Assembly (NCBI RefSeq): GCF_018350175.1
Contig: NC_058368.1
Coordinates: forward strand, 60,452,001 to 60,516,000
Direction: 5' to 3'
Source: Felis catus
Lineage: Eukaryota
DNA: 64,000 nt
Below, piece by piece: positions 1 to 12,125 of this stretch. Under the pieces are notes generated by a model. It worked only from the letters and a program-made list of their open reading frames with translations, was not told where the DNA came from and ran no database searches. The position numbers and the translations under genes are program-made. Within the stretch, counting starts at the first letter, position 1, and every line of letters starts with the position of its first letter.

Positions 1-1
1 T

Positions 2-240
2 GGGGTACCTGGGTGGCTCAGTTGGTTGAGCAACCAACTTTAGCCCGGTCATGATTTTGTGGTTCGTGAGTTCCAGTCCTACATTGGGCTCACTGCTGAC
101 AGTGCAGAGCCTGCTTCGGATCCTGTTTTGGATCCTCTGTCCCATTCTGCCTCTGCCCCTCCCCCACTCGCATGCCTGCGTGCACACCTTCTCTCGCTCT
201 TTCTCAAAAAATAAACATTTAATAAAAGAAAATAAAAAAC
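2..240 (+). mobile_element. CanSINE (tRNA-derived carnivore SINE)
   Basis: GGGGTACCTGGGTGGCTCAGTTGGTTGAG head, CT-rich body, AATAAA and A-rich tail. Confidence 0.95.
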
Positions 241-639
241 AATGCATTCCATACTAAAGCCTTGAAAATTAAGTCTTAATGTACAGTACTTTTGGTCTAT
301 TTGTCATGGTTAGGAATATTTCAAATAAAATATTTACATTGATTTATTCATTTATAACAAACCTTTACACTTTACAGAATATAAATGTATCCCGGTGTAT
401 TTTAAATATGCTATTCTCTATCTGATTGCTGAGTGCAGACAAATCCAAGCCTGGCCAGGAGAGTCCCCATTTTATACCTGTTGAACTATTCTGGATGTAT
501 AATTTTAGCACTCACCCATCTTCTTTTCAATTTAATTGCCTTAGTATTAGTGTTGCATTAAAATAAACCAAGCTGGGTTTGGTAGAATTCTGCTTTGTTA
601 AACTAGCTTCTTCCATGGTCTTTTCTAGTAGTCCCACTT

Positions 640-852
640 CATTTTATTTATTTTTTTAATATATGAAATTTATTGTCAAATTGGTTTCCATACAACACCC
701 AGTGCTCATCCCAAAAGATGCCCTCTTCAATACCCATCACCTACTCTCCTCTCCCTCCCACCCCCCATCAACCCTCAGTTTGTTCTCAGTTTTTAACAGT
801 CTCTTATGCTTTGGCTCTCTCCCACTCTAACCTCTTTTTTTTTTCCTTCCCC
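640..852 (-). mobile_element. 5'-truncated felid L1 3' end
   Basis: T-rich tail followed by L1 3'UTR-type sequence. Target-site duplication (TSD) TAGTAGTCCCACTT (626-639) / TAATAGTCCCACTT (853-866). Confidence 0.85.
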
Positions 853-2699
853 TAATAGTCCCACTTTAAAACTTAGCTACATTCATAAAATTACCTGGGG
901 CCATAGTTCTCTCTCTCATATGATCCCTTACAGAAAAAAGTGACCAACACTTCCCTTGGAAATATGGCCTGGTGGATCACTCACTGGTCAAAGTGTGGAC
1001 ATAAAGAACAATACATTTTTTATAATAGTTGTTTTTTTATCAAATATGTTATAAGGTAATAATCAATATAAAATATAGTCATTCAAGATATAAATGTTTT
1101 ATAGTAATATTTTCTTTTTAAAAGCTGTTAGATTTTCAAAACTTAGCTAGTTGATAATAAATTATATAGTTAACCCAGATCTATCATCATAAAAAAACTG
1201 ACATCTTGTTTTTCCTAAAGTTTGGTGTTAACAAAAATCTCTTATAAATACGTGACTACTCTTCAAAAATGAAATCAAAACTTCCTTAACTGTATTATCA
1301 AGCTATGTAGTTATTGGCATGATGTGATATGTAATTAAAACTCAAAGTAACTTATCTGTTAAAATGTTTCTAATTTTTATAATTTTAAAATTTGTTGTTT
1401 TATCATAACTTTACTTTACTTGGCAAATACACTAAATGTCTGGTGTTATCTGTTCTTTTGTATGATGACTGAAAATGAACTAAGCTTGGTACCTATTTTT
1501 TTTTCATGTCTTTAAGTACAGGGAGAGAGTTAAGACCTCTCTCATTCCTTCAACTGAGTTTTATATAAAAATGTTTTTATTAAACTTGCTTTTATTAAGG
1601 TATCTTTCCATTTGTTGCAAATGAGCAGTGAGGTGATTACAAGACAGGTGGAAAAGAGAAGGAAAAAAAACAGGTTCTGATTAGAGCAAAAGAATCTTTT
1701 TTTATATTTTCGGGGGGACTTTGCTCTACATATCAAATTCCTTTTAGAAGTAAATGACAGAGCAATTTAGAAAAGCAACTCAAATGAATTCCTATGACCT
1801 CTAACGGGCTGTAGAGAGCTAATTCAAACTGGGAAGAATTAAAGAGAAGCAAGATATAACCTTCAAATCTTGAAACTAGAAAATTGATGCCCAGGAAAAT
1901 TTGGAATTGATGATAATCCGATGTGTGGGATGCATGCCTAATGTATTTGTCATAGATCCATCTAGGATATTTAGAACAAAGTGCAAAAGCATCGCTGTGA
2001 GTGGGGAAGGAGCAAGAGATGGAAAATGATAGCATCGCTTTGCAAGAATTTAAGCTTCTGGAATGACTTCAAAGAAAGCAAAATTAGCAAACTATTACAG
2101 TAATCAGGCTTAGTTTAAGTAAAAGATTTTCCCATAGCAAGGTCTTCATCCGAGCAAAATGAATATTAGTAAGATAGTACATTTCCTATTATTTTTGCTA
2201 CTAAGTTGCTATTGTCATCTTCCTCATTTTGGAAAAGGACTGGAAGTAGAACATCTGCTTTTGATTAAATTGGTGTGCCAGAATTTCTGTACAAATACCC
2301 ATCATAATTAAAGGTTGCTATTCCTATCTTCTCAAAAGATGTTTTGAAAATTACATCTCATTTAGAAAAATTACTTTCCTTTTTATCTAATAGTTATTCT
2401 TCTTTTTGTTTCTCAAAAATAAAATAAAATAAAATAAAATGACCCATTCTGCAAAGGTTAAAGCCATTGTTCTCACTACTCTTCTGCGCATGACACAATT
2501 TTTTGTGATAGCTGTCTTGGTAAGTTTAGCTAATAAATGAGTCTTCTAGACAACTTTCATATGCTTTTCTGCCTGAAAGTTTGTCACACTGCAAACTTAT
2601 TCAAGAGCTTAGTTCTTTGATTTGTGTTTAATAGTGCTAGGGGGGACTCTACCAAATTTAAAAGAAAATGAGATGTAAAAAAAAATAAATAAAAAACTT

Positions 2700-3400
2700 T
2701 CTATTTGCCTTTTTAGATCTTTCAAATGTAAATATGTTCACAACTAAATGCTTTTCCACTTTTTCCTCAAACCTGTGCATTTCCCATTACCTCATCCCTC
2801 TTCCATACCTGTACTTAACAATGTTGAGAAATATTCTAAAAGATTCTGATTACTTAGCAACATCTAAAACAAATGGCTTGACATCTCCACCTCTGATTCT
2901 TACTATCATCTGAAACTCAAAATTTACAAGATGAAACACAAGTTCAGGCCTTTTTCTTCCTACATTTCTCATTTTAGAAATCATCCCCTCTATCCGTCTA
3001 GTCATTCAACAAAAAAGAATGAGTCACTCTTATAAATCAAATCTTCATTGTCTCTAGGCTTTATTTAGTTAAGACGATCATCAGTTCTTGGCTAGACTAT
3101 TTCAATAACCAGCTAACTATTTTCAAGATAATATATCTAGAAAACAAACTGAATTATCTCTTTACTCAGATTAAAGTCTTTCAATGACAAATCACATTAC
3201 TTTTCCTCTGCATATATACTAGAGAATTTCCCTTCACACTTCATACTTAGCTCAAATATCACCATTCAATAAAGTGACTCCTGAGTCATCCCTAAAAACC
3301 AATCACTACCCCGTCAGGGAATGTGCATACATTACTGTCATTGTACTAAATACATAGTTACACAGTTGTATTTTCTCAACTAATATATAGAACACTGTTG
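2700..3400 (+). mobile_element. Degenerate L2 fragment
   Basis: ACATCTCCACC...CATCTGAAACTCAA and CTCAAATATCACC motifs resemble the L2 3' region; boundaries approximate. Confidence 0.4.
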
Positions 3401-4926
3401 CATAACTACCTTCCTACTAAATACACGCACTTGTGAAATCAAGTGAAATAAGGCACAGTTGATTTGTGGAAGAGATACAGTATAGGCTCACGTCTGTTAA
3501 TAAAGCAAAATGTGAGCATCAAAGGGCTTCCTTGGAAATATCAAGGAAAAACAACTCCTATAACCAAAAATCAGGCAGATTTGAAGGAAATGCACCAGAC
3601 TTAATTGTAAGAGAGCAAGGAGACCAGGGAAGGGGCAATTTCAGCTCAGGTAAATTTGCCATGCTGGAGCAGGGTCCTGACAGAGACCACCCAAAAAGGG
3701 GGACTTTGAGATTTAGAATAAAGATCTGTGTGTATGTACTTGAAAACCTTGTATACACAGTTGCTTTTAACCTCTGGTCCTTCAGAAGTGGCTCATTGCA
3801 TCATATTGAAAAACAGAGACTTTCTTTGATTGAAGACTATGGAAGGCTTCAAATAAGACAGGTACTTTACAACACAATAAGTTCTCTCTTCAGGGTCTAT
3901 CTCCATTTCTCCATTTTCTCTGGCCATAATTAAGGTGAAATTGCAGCATTATCAGACTGAGAAGGTGCTGGGCCTGCTAATGGAGAAAAGCATTATACAC
4001 AGAGTGACTTTAGTACCTCCAAAATAATAACAATAACAATGACAACAACAACAAGGACAACAGATGGGATTGCTCTGGAGAGCTTGAAAAAGGACCAACC
4101 CCAATTAAATGAAGCAGAAACGCAAGAACTTCAGTCACGATCTCTGAAGAAAAGGATCAAAAAGCTGAGAGAAATTAGTGTACTACAATGGGGCTCCTAA
4201 AAAGACACGAAACACACACACAATGACATTATTTCTTGAAAGGGCGAAGAGCCCACTCCATTTACCAAAGCAACAAGGAAAGCAGTGTCAAGTGTTAAGC
4301 TCAGTAATGACTATCCTCTGTAAGTCTGTATGGGTGGTAGGAGAAATTAGAGAGCTGGACTCCTGTTAGCACAGATGGTAACACTTAACTTCCATAGGAA
4401 ATGTTAATGTAATGAATTGGACAGCAAGGTCAGAATGGTACTCAGGTTGTTGCTAAAGGAATATAGAGATGGCTCAGGGCAAGACAGAGAGCCAAAAATA
4501 ACTGTACTGAATATATGTATTTGTATATGTAGGTATATATAGATATATGTTTTGTATATTTATATTTAAAAATAGACAAGCAGAAAGCTGAGGTCAGTCA
4601 ACCCAAATGAAAAAAATCATGATCCCTTGTGCTTAATTTATAGACCTGATCCTGTTTTCAGAATCAGAAACAATGTTTGAAAGAGAGAGAAGAAGAAGAA
4701 TGCACTCAAAAACTATATTAAGTAGTGATTCCCTCAGTTCTTCTCTGAAGAGGCCCGATGTCATTTACCTATATAACCATACTATAGGGAAATCAGAATA
4801 CCTAGACCTTTCCAGACCTTTCAAGAGTTGGTGAATACAGTGCAAATTGACAATGATACCTGAGACCATAAGGCATCATCAAACCCATCAGAGGAAAGGG
4901 GCATACAACCTAAGTAATAAATTGTG

Positions 4927-5125
4927 AATAAGTCACAGGAACAAAAGGTAGAGCATAAGGAATACAGCCAATGATACTGTAATGGCGATGTAATGCGATG
5001 GATGGTAGCTACACTTGTGGGGAGCATAGCATAATGTGTAAACTTGCCAAATCACTGTATCCTACACCTGAAACTAATGTAACATTGTGTGTCAATTACA
5101 CTCAAATAAAAGAAAGAAATAAAAG
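4927..5125 (+). mobile_element. Carnivore L1 3' end fragment inserted in the ERV-L
   Basis: ACACCTGAAACTAATGTAACATTGTGTGTCAATTACACTCAAATAAAA terminus; imperfect flanking AAGTAATAAATTGTG / AAGTAAATAAGTTGTG. Confidence 0.8.
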
Positions 5126-5502
5126 TAAATAAGTTGTGTCCTGCACCAGATCTAAGTTTTATAGAAAACTCCAGCGATGATTTCCCTACTTCTAAAATAT
5201 AAAATTGGAACAGACATACTTAGCAGCTGACAGAGCCCTCACGTTGTTTCCTTAACCTGTACAGTAGAAGCTATTATTGTGGATAAGGCAAGGTAGAGGC
5301 CACTGAAATGATGCAAATCTTCCCACTCTGATCAAGGTAATAAACTAAAAGCAGTATTATATCTCTGGAGAAATGGCAGAAATTGTTGGCACCCTCTTAG
5401 ACGTAAAAGATGGAGTTGGGACCTCTTAAATCCCTGTTTGATTCAACATCTGGTACATGAAAAAAAATATCACATGGATAATAGTAGGAGCTAGTGGATT
5501 AG

Positions 5503-5670
5503 CACAGTTTAACCAAGTAGTGGTCCCAATCACAACACCAGTGTGAGTTGTAGTATTCTTACCAAGTAAGATTACCACAGTTTAACCAAGTAGTGGTCCC
5601 AATCACAACATCAGTGTGAATTGTAGTATTCTTACCAAGTATTCTTACCAAGTTGTAGTATTCTTACCAA
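5503..5670. repeat. 73-bp tandem duplication with additional short re-copied segments
   Basis: CACAGTTTAACCAAGTAGTGGTCCCAATCACAACA...TATTCTTACCAAGT starts at 5503 and 5576; ATTCTTACCAA recurs twice more in 5641-5670. Confidence 0.95.
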
Positions 5671-6126
5671 AAGATCTGCAACTTTGATCTGTAGAATGTT
5701 TTCTCTTGCATACTCATCAAGAAAGATTAGAAGCAGTTCACATGTATATACTATACACTAATTCTCTTCCCCCAGTGCTGTGTAATACATCTGCTCACCT
5801 TCCTAAAATAACCGAAAGGAATTCTGATGTGCTGGATACCCCTCAGAACATCACATTGGTCCACTCTATTGATGACATCATATTAATTGTAACTGATGAG
5901 TAAGATGTGGCAGGCATTCTGAATGACTTGGTAACATAACTTTATTCTAGAACATACAAGATAAAACTTACAAAGATTTAAGGTCTTGCCACATAGGTGA
6001 AGTTCTTAGGGTCCAATTGTCTGGGGACATGCTAGGACATTCCATTCCAAAGTAAAAGGCAAGTTATTGTACCTTGTACCTCCTACAACTAAGAAAAAGT
6101 ACAAAGATTGGAAGGTACCTTTAGGG

Positions 6127-6370
6127 TTTTTTTATTTAAAATTTAATTTAATTTAATTTATTTTTGAGAGAGAGAGAGAGAGTGAGAGAGACAGAGAATG
6201 AGCAAGTGGGGGAGGAGCAGAGAGAGAGAAGGAGACACAGAATCTGAAACAGGCTTCAGGCTCTGAGCTGTCAGAACAGAGCCCTATGCGGGGCTCCAAC
6301 TTGGGAACAGCGAGATCATGACCTAAGCCAAAGTCACACACTTAACCCAGTGAGCCCCCAAGGAGCCCCA
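6127..6370 (-). mobile_element. CanSINE inserted in ERV-L pol
   Basis: T-rich tail, (GA)n, GGCTCTGAGCTGTCAG, ATCATGACCT; flanked by CCTTTAGGGTTTT / CCTTTTAGGTTTT. Confidence 0.93.
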
Positions 6371-7740
6371 AACCCCTTTAGGTTTTGATATATACATATT
6401 CCATACTGTTTACTAGTAGTGTAAGTACTACTAGATTTGAATGAGGGGAGAATTAAAAATGGGTTTAAGGCAGTTTTAGGCTGTGATGTAAGAAGCTTCA
6501 CCATTTAGGCCATTATAATCCTACAGATCCAATGGTATGTGAGGTATCAGTGGTAGAAAAATGTTATCATATGAATTTACTAAGTAATTCTAAGACTGAC
6601 AAGTCTTAATAAAATAGTCACGGTGTAGACAGACACTGGAGCTCTGGAGGAAGGCAATGATTTCTGTAGCAGAGAACTCTGCAACATTTTAACACCAGCT
6701 CTTCGCATGCTCCTGAGCAGTAGTAGAAAAAGTGTCTGACTAGGAGACAGCAACTGATCATGTGTCCCAAACTTTCCACTATGAAGTAGATACTTGTCAG
6801 ATCCACAAAGTCCTAAGTGTGGGTGGGCTTAAAGTCAATCCATCATAAAATAGAAGTCCACTCAAGCATATTTAAAGAGCATAAGTAAGCTCTGCAAGTA
6901 AGCTGCCCAGTCCCCAGTGTCACCTGCCAACATTGCACTAGTGTCTTTCTCTTTAGTTGTTAACTATAGCTTAATGGCCCCCCGGGGAGGAGGTGATGAA
7001 GGATGAAAACACATGAACTTGTTTCATGAATAGCCTGGTATGAAGGTGTAAGCTAAAACTTATCTGCATTTTCACTGAAGCTCTTCCCAAAAGTGGCCCT
7101 AGAAGAAAGCAGTGAAGAAATTCTCTCAATGAGCATGGGCTAAGGTTGCTTAAGTAGACAGAGAAAAGACCTTAATAAGAGTATGCATACTCAAGACAAC
7201 AGAGATTGGCTTAGTTTTTTGGTTAGGGGACTGGAAAGAGTGAAATTGGAACGCTGATGACAAGGAGACCTGGCGAAGAAGTAGGCAAATGGGCCTACAG
7301 ACATGGGAACAAAGCACAGAGATCTTTGTAACACAAATGAGTGCCCAGCAGAAGGATCACTAAATAAGTAATTAGACAACAGATTTCAGCAGGTAGATTT
7401 CAGTCCATCTCTGGCCTATGCCAATCCAGTTATGTGTTCCACTATGCCAATCCACTTATGTGTTCCATTCCAATGGAATCATGAAAATCAATAATATAGT
7501 GGCAGAGGTATTTGATAGGTATAGGCCCAATAGCATGGGTTTCTTCAAACCAAATACTACCTACTGGTGCTGCTGAATAAACAACTTGCCAGCAATACAG
7601 TCCCCAATAAGTCACCATCCTGAAGGAAAAGAGCCAGCTATTTAATAGCAAGCTGATTGGCTCAGGTCCCTTCTGCCTTGAGCAGACAAATTTCCTTATT
7701 GATTGAGACTGACTCATATTCTTGGATTAATTTGCCCCCT

Positions 7741-7777
<37 letters not shown>

Positions 7778-8784
7778 GAAGTGCCCATATCCAAGGGCTT
7801 CCAGAGAATCTCATCTACCAACATGGGATCTCACATAGCATCTCCTCATACAAGGAATCCACTTTACAGCAAAGGAAGTGTGGTGAGCACAGGATGATAA
7901 AATCCATTAGACACATCCACATAATGCATTATCCAGTTGCTTCTTACTACAGCAATGGAATAATAAATGGCCTTTTGAAAACACTGCTGAGAAGCCAGAA
8001 AGGAGATGACATCTTGAGAAAATAGGTTCTATCTTTCAAGATAGAATATATGGCCATTGTATGGTGCTTTGTCCCCCAGAAATACAATCATAGGTTTGGG
8101 AAACAATAGGTATAAGCCAGAGTGACCTCATGACACCATTTCCAGTGAACTGCTTGAGAAACTTGCAGTTCTCATTTCTGGTCTCCAGACAGGGAGTGCT
8201 TCCACAGGGTAGGGCACAATAGGAGTCCCACTGAACCTTATGCTAAAGCCATCATCTAGCCAATTTGAGTTTCTCTTGCTAATAGAAAAGAAAGGAGTTA
8301 ATGTTCTGGTACAGGTAATTGACCATGATAGCCATGAGGACATAAACTGACACCATAAAAGGCAGAAGGAGAAATCACTTTGCCCTTAGGTGACCCCTCC
8401 AGAGCATCTCTTGGTGCCCTTGGCTCTGGTTCTAACTGTAAGTAGCTAAGTACCATAATCACAGCTTGATGAAGGCATGGTTTCCAGTGACTGGCCCTTC
8501 CTAAAGGCTGGGTCAAACCAACTGATAAGCCACCTAACAGAGTAGACGTACTACACTCCCAACAGAAATATAGACTTAAAGGAGAATCCAAAATGGGTGG
8601 TGGACAATGGCAATAATGAGCAGCAGAAAAGACCTCAATAGAAATTGCAGCAAAAAAGGCTATTGGTCCCACTCTTCCCCACCTTGTAAGTTTTCCTAGA
8701 CATTGTGATAAACCAGAATTAAAAAAAAAAAAAAAGGCAGTATCAGAATTGACAAAGTCAAGGTAAGAAACAAATGGAGTTGAG

Positions 8785-9172
8785 TACAAAAGTACAATGC
8801 CGCAGGCTGCTTTTGGGTTTGTTGGCAAAACAACTCACAATTTCCCTCCTTCCCTAGAGAATTGGCTACACTACACAGGGGCCACCCTATCTGAGAAGCT
8901 CTATCCCACTTCTGAGGTTAGACCTCAGGCAGGGACTGACTGAAGGCAATGAATGATGGTCTGAAGGCGGGACTAACCCTCTGTTGCAGTTCTGTCCCCA
9001 AAGCTTTCCTGTGTGATACTAGGTAGTGTCCATGTAAAAACTACACTCTTTTGTTTTTTACCCTCCCTGTCTTACTTTCCTGCTTCCCTTTCTCTTGAGA
9101 ACACATTCCAGAGAGAACACTTGAATTAATAACCCCATTTCATGTTCTACTTCTAGGGAACTCTACCTGATA
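8785..9172 (+). mobile_element. Probable 3' LTR of the ERV-L (LTR16/LTR33-like)
   Basis: Follows a purine-rich tract. Ends TCTACTTCTAGGGAACTCTACCTGATA, resembling ERVL-class LTR termini. Confidence 0.5.
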
Positions 9173-9440
9173 CCTGGCCACGCTTTTTAAAATCTCAGTG
9201 TCACTGCATATGTTGTTTTTTTTATCCAGGGGATACATACTCCTTTGATTTACCTAACAATTGTTTTACCTTTACCACATGTCAGTTAAATTGCCCTCTA
9301 TTCAGGGAAGATTTCCTAGATATTCAGTCAGGGGCCTATTTTCCTTTAGTCTTATAGGGCTGTCTCCATTTCACACTGCCTCATTGTATTATAATTGTTT
9401 GTCTCTTTGAGTGAAACAAGTATCAATTGAAGCTATTTTA

Positions 9441-9650
9441 CTTTTTTTTAATGTTTATTTATTTTTGAGAGAGAAAGACAGAACGTAAGTGGGGGAGGGG
9501 CAGAAAGAGAGGGAGACACAGAATCAAGAGCAGGCTCCAGGCTCTGGGCTGGAGCACAGAGCCCACATGGGGCTCGAACCCACAAACCATGATATCATGA
9601 CCTGAACTGAAGTCCAACACTTAACTGACTCCACCACCCAGGCTCCCCCC
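9441..9650 (-). mobile_element. CanSINE
   Basis: Reverse CanSINE: TTTATTTTTGAGA...GGCTCCAGGCTCTG...CCACCCAGGCTCCCC. Confidence 0.93.
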
Positions 9651-9690
9651 CCCCCTTTTTAAATAGAAGCTTCTTTAAAGATTTACTTTA

Positions 9691-9922
9691 TTTTTATTTT
9701 TTTAAATTTTTTCTTTAACATTTATTTATTTTTGAGAGACAGAGAGAAGCAGAGCATGAGCAGGGGAGGGCAAGAGAGAAAGAGATACAGAATCTGAAGC
9801 AGGCTCCAGGCTCTGAGCTGTTTGTTAGCACAGACCCGATGTGGAGCTTGAACTCACAAACTGTGAGACCATGACCTGAGCTGAAGTCAGATGGTCAGCC
9901 GACTGAGCCACCCAGGCGCCCC
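9691..9922 (-). mobile_element. CanSINE (member of three-copy stack)
   Basis: Complete reverse copy ending GAGCCACCCAGGCGCCCC. Confidence 0.95.
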
Positions 9923-10176
9923 TATTTTTATTTATTTATTTATTATTTTTTTATTTTTTTAATTTTTTTTTTCAACATTTATTTATTTTTGGGACAGAGA
10001 GAGACAGAGCATGAATGGGGGAGGGGCAGAGAGAGAGGGAGACACAGAATCGGAAACAGGCTCCAGGCTCTGAGCCATCAGCCCAGAGCCTGACGCGGGG
10101 CTCGAACTCACGGACCGCGAGATCGTGACCTGGCTGAAGTCGGACGCTTAACCGACTGCGCCACCCAGGCGCCCCT
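9923..10176 (-). mobile_element. Young felid CanSINE (SINEC_Fc-type)
   Basis: CpG-rich near-consensus copy: GGACCGCGAGATCGTGACCTGGCTGAAGTCGGACGCTTAACCGACTGCGCCACCCAGGCGCCCC. Confidence 0.96.
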
Positions 10177-10395
10177 CTATTTTTATTTTTTTAATGCCTT
10201 ATTTATTTTTGAGAGGGAGAGAGATAGAACTTAAGTGGGGGAGGGGCAGAGAGAGAGGAAGACACAGAATTTGAAGCAGGCTCCAGGCTCTGAGCTGTCA
10301 GCACAGAGCCTGTCGTGGGGCTCGAACACATGAACCATGAGATCATGACCTGAGCTGAAGTTGGACACTTCACCAACTGAGCCACCCAGCTACCC
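10177..10395 (-). mobile_element. CanSINE (probable host copy of the stack)
   Basis: Complete reverse copy. AAGATTTACTTTTA (9678) / AAGGTTTACTTTTA (10397) bracket all three copies. Confidence 0.95.
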
Positions 10396-10686
10396 GAAGG
10401 TTTACTTTTAAATATACTTTTTTCTCTTATTCAATTAATTACGGGTTTGTGAAAAAAATGAAATTTTGATTCTTAAAAAATAACTGAGTCATTTTAATAC
10501 ATATATATATCTATGGGATATACTGGATATAAGTTAAATAAATATTCCAGGGAATATTATGACACATAATTTTATTTAAGGAATTATATTTTCCTTTCAA
10601 TTCTCATTACATGTTTAAATGAAAAAATTAATCCCTAGGCACAGAAATACCACAATTTTAAATATATACAGAAAAATGAATATTCA

Positions 10687-10930
10687 GGGATGCCTGGGTG
10701 GCTGACATTCGGTTAAGCATCTGACTCTTGATTTTGGTCCAGGTCATGATCTCATGGTGGTGAGATGGAGCTCCCTGTTGGGCTCCCTACTGAGCATGGA
10801 ACCTGCTTGGGATTCTCTTTTTCCCTCTCCCTCTGCCTTCCTCTGCTCACACTCTTTTCTCCCTCTCTCTCTGTCTCAAAATAACTAAACATTAAAAATA
10901 CATGATAAATACATACATAAATACATAAAC
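10687..10930 (+). mobile_element. Older CanSINE
   Basis: GGGATGCCTGGGTGGCT head, CTCTTGATTTT variant, CT-rich tract, (ATAA/ATAC) tail. Confidence 0.9.
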
Positions 10931-11120
10931 AAATAAATATTCAGTGAAGACAATCGCCGAAATATTAGCAGTACATCTCAAAATACAAACGATGCTAGAA
11001 TACTACCATTGACTTATACTGAACTATCTTAAAATAATTAATATAATCCTGTTAGTGGTTCTCCACTAAGGGAATATATACTTATACAGTGATATGTATG
11101 GATATAAAATAAATTTCTTA

Positions 11121-11332
11121 GGGGCGCCTGGATAGCTCAGTCAGTTAAGCACCCGACTTCAGCTCAGGTCATGATCGAACGGTCAGTGATTTCTAGCCCT
11201 GCGTGGGGTTTTGCGCTGACAACTCAGAGTCTGGAAACTGCTTTGGATTCTACGTCTCCCTTTCTGCTCCTCCCCTGCTGTCGCTCCATCTCTCTCTCTC
11301 AAATATGAATAAACATTAAAAAAATTGTTTTT
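11121..11332 (+). mobile_element. CanSINE
   Basis: GGGGCGCCTGG head; TSD AATAAATTTCTTA (11108-11120 / 11333-11345). Confidence 0.95.
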
Positions 11333-11918
11333 AATAAATTTCTTAGGTAAGGTAACCAATAATTTTCTCCATTACATTATGCTTGATAATTCACAATGTG
11401 ACAATAATTGTAAGTACAACTTAACTTTTTTTTTTAAACCTGAACACTTTGCTCTTATTAGTATTTTATTTTAAACTACTTAGAGACATCTTCATCGGTG
11501 AAGTATCCAGATTATCTCTGCCTATACAATCCCCATTCACTTACTCAATGAAAGGGAAATCAGTGCAGAAAATGTAATAATTTCAATGTACACACTTTAC
11601 CTGGCAGTGGGAGAATTTCCTCCAGATATGAAGAATAGGTGGTTCAGCATTTTTCGATCTGAACACAATAAATACATTGAGAGAAGTAGCTTACACTAAC
11701 TATTCACATTTTAATCCAACAGTATGCACAATGAAGAATGGCGTGAGGGATTTCTCACCTATTCAAGTGCTGTTATCTTAAATCCACCTGTATCTGAGTC
11801 TAATTAGACACTTGCAGGGAGTTGGCATATATAAAATATTTGTCATACAATAAAAATTATTAATTATATTAATAAAAAAGGTGATAACTTCTATTATGTT
11901 TAAACAGTAAAAAAAAGT

Positions 11919-12125
11919 GGGGTCCCTGGGTGGCTCAGTCGGTTAAGCATCTGACTTTGGTTCTGGTCATGATCTCGTGGTTCATGAATTCGAGCCCCAC
12001 ATCAGGCTCTGTGCTGACCGCTCAGGGCCTGGAGCCTGCTTCAGATTCTGTGTCTCCTTCTCTCTCTGCCCCTCCCCTGCTTGTACTCTGTCTCTCTTTC
12101 AAAAATAAACACTAAAAGTTTTTTT
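11919..12125 (+). mobile_element. CanSINE
   Basis: GGGGTCCCTGGGTGGCTCAGTCGGTTAAG head; flanking TTTAAACA(G/A)TAAAAAA. Confidence 0.93.

Larger units (their letters stand above)
3440..8780 (+). mobile_element. Decayed ERV-L class endogenous retrovirus internal region (gag-pol-dUTPase; ERV3-16A3/ERVL-like)
   Basis: gag-like KAKCEHQRASL...APDLIVR (ORF 3466). RT DTPQNITLVHSIDDIILI (SIDD at 5865-5876 for YIDD) followed by VKFLG...PPTTKK remnants near 6000-6100. Integrase-like IETDSYS and GLPENLIYQHGISHSISS (7700-7850). dUTPase-like VPLNLMLK and KGVNVLVQVIDHD (8220-8340). Many stops and frameshifts. Confidence 0.88.

Noticed and set aside
2..90. tRNA-like A/B boxes at SINE heads
   Set aside because: These are the tRNA-derived part of CanSINEs, not tRNA genes.
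5503..5670. Repeat-spacer-like pattern suggestive of CRISPR
   Set aside because: Mammalian DNA, contiguous duplication without unique spacers, and no cas genes.
7657..8025. ORFs with long poly-phenylalanine
   Set aside because: Caused by a ~30-nt T run inside the ERV-L integrase remnant.
8298..8828. 176-aa minus-strand ORF
   Set aside because: Antisense to decayed ERV-L sequence, includes a homopolymer-derived poly-F run and has a non-ATG start.
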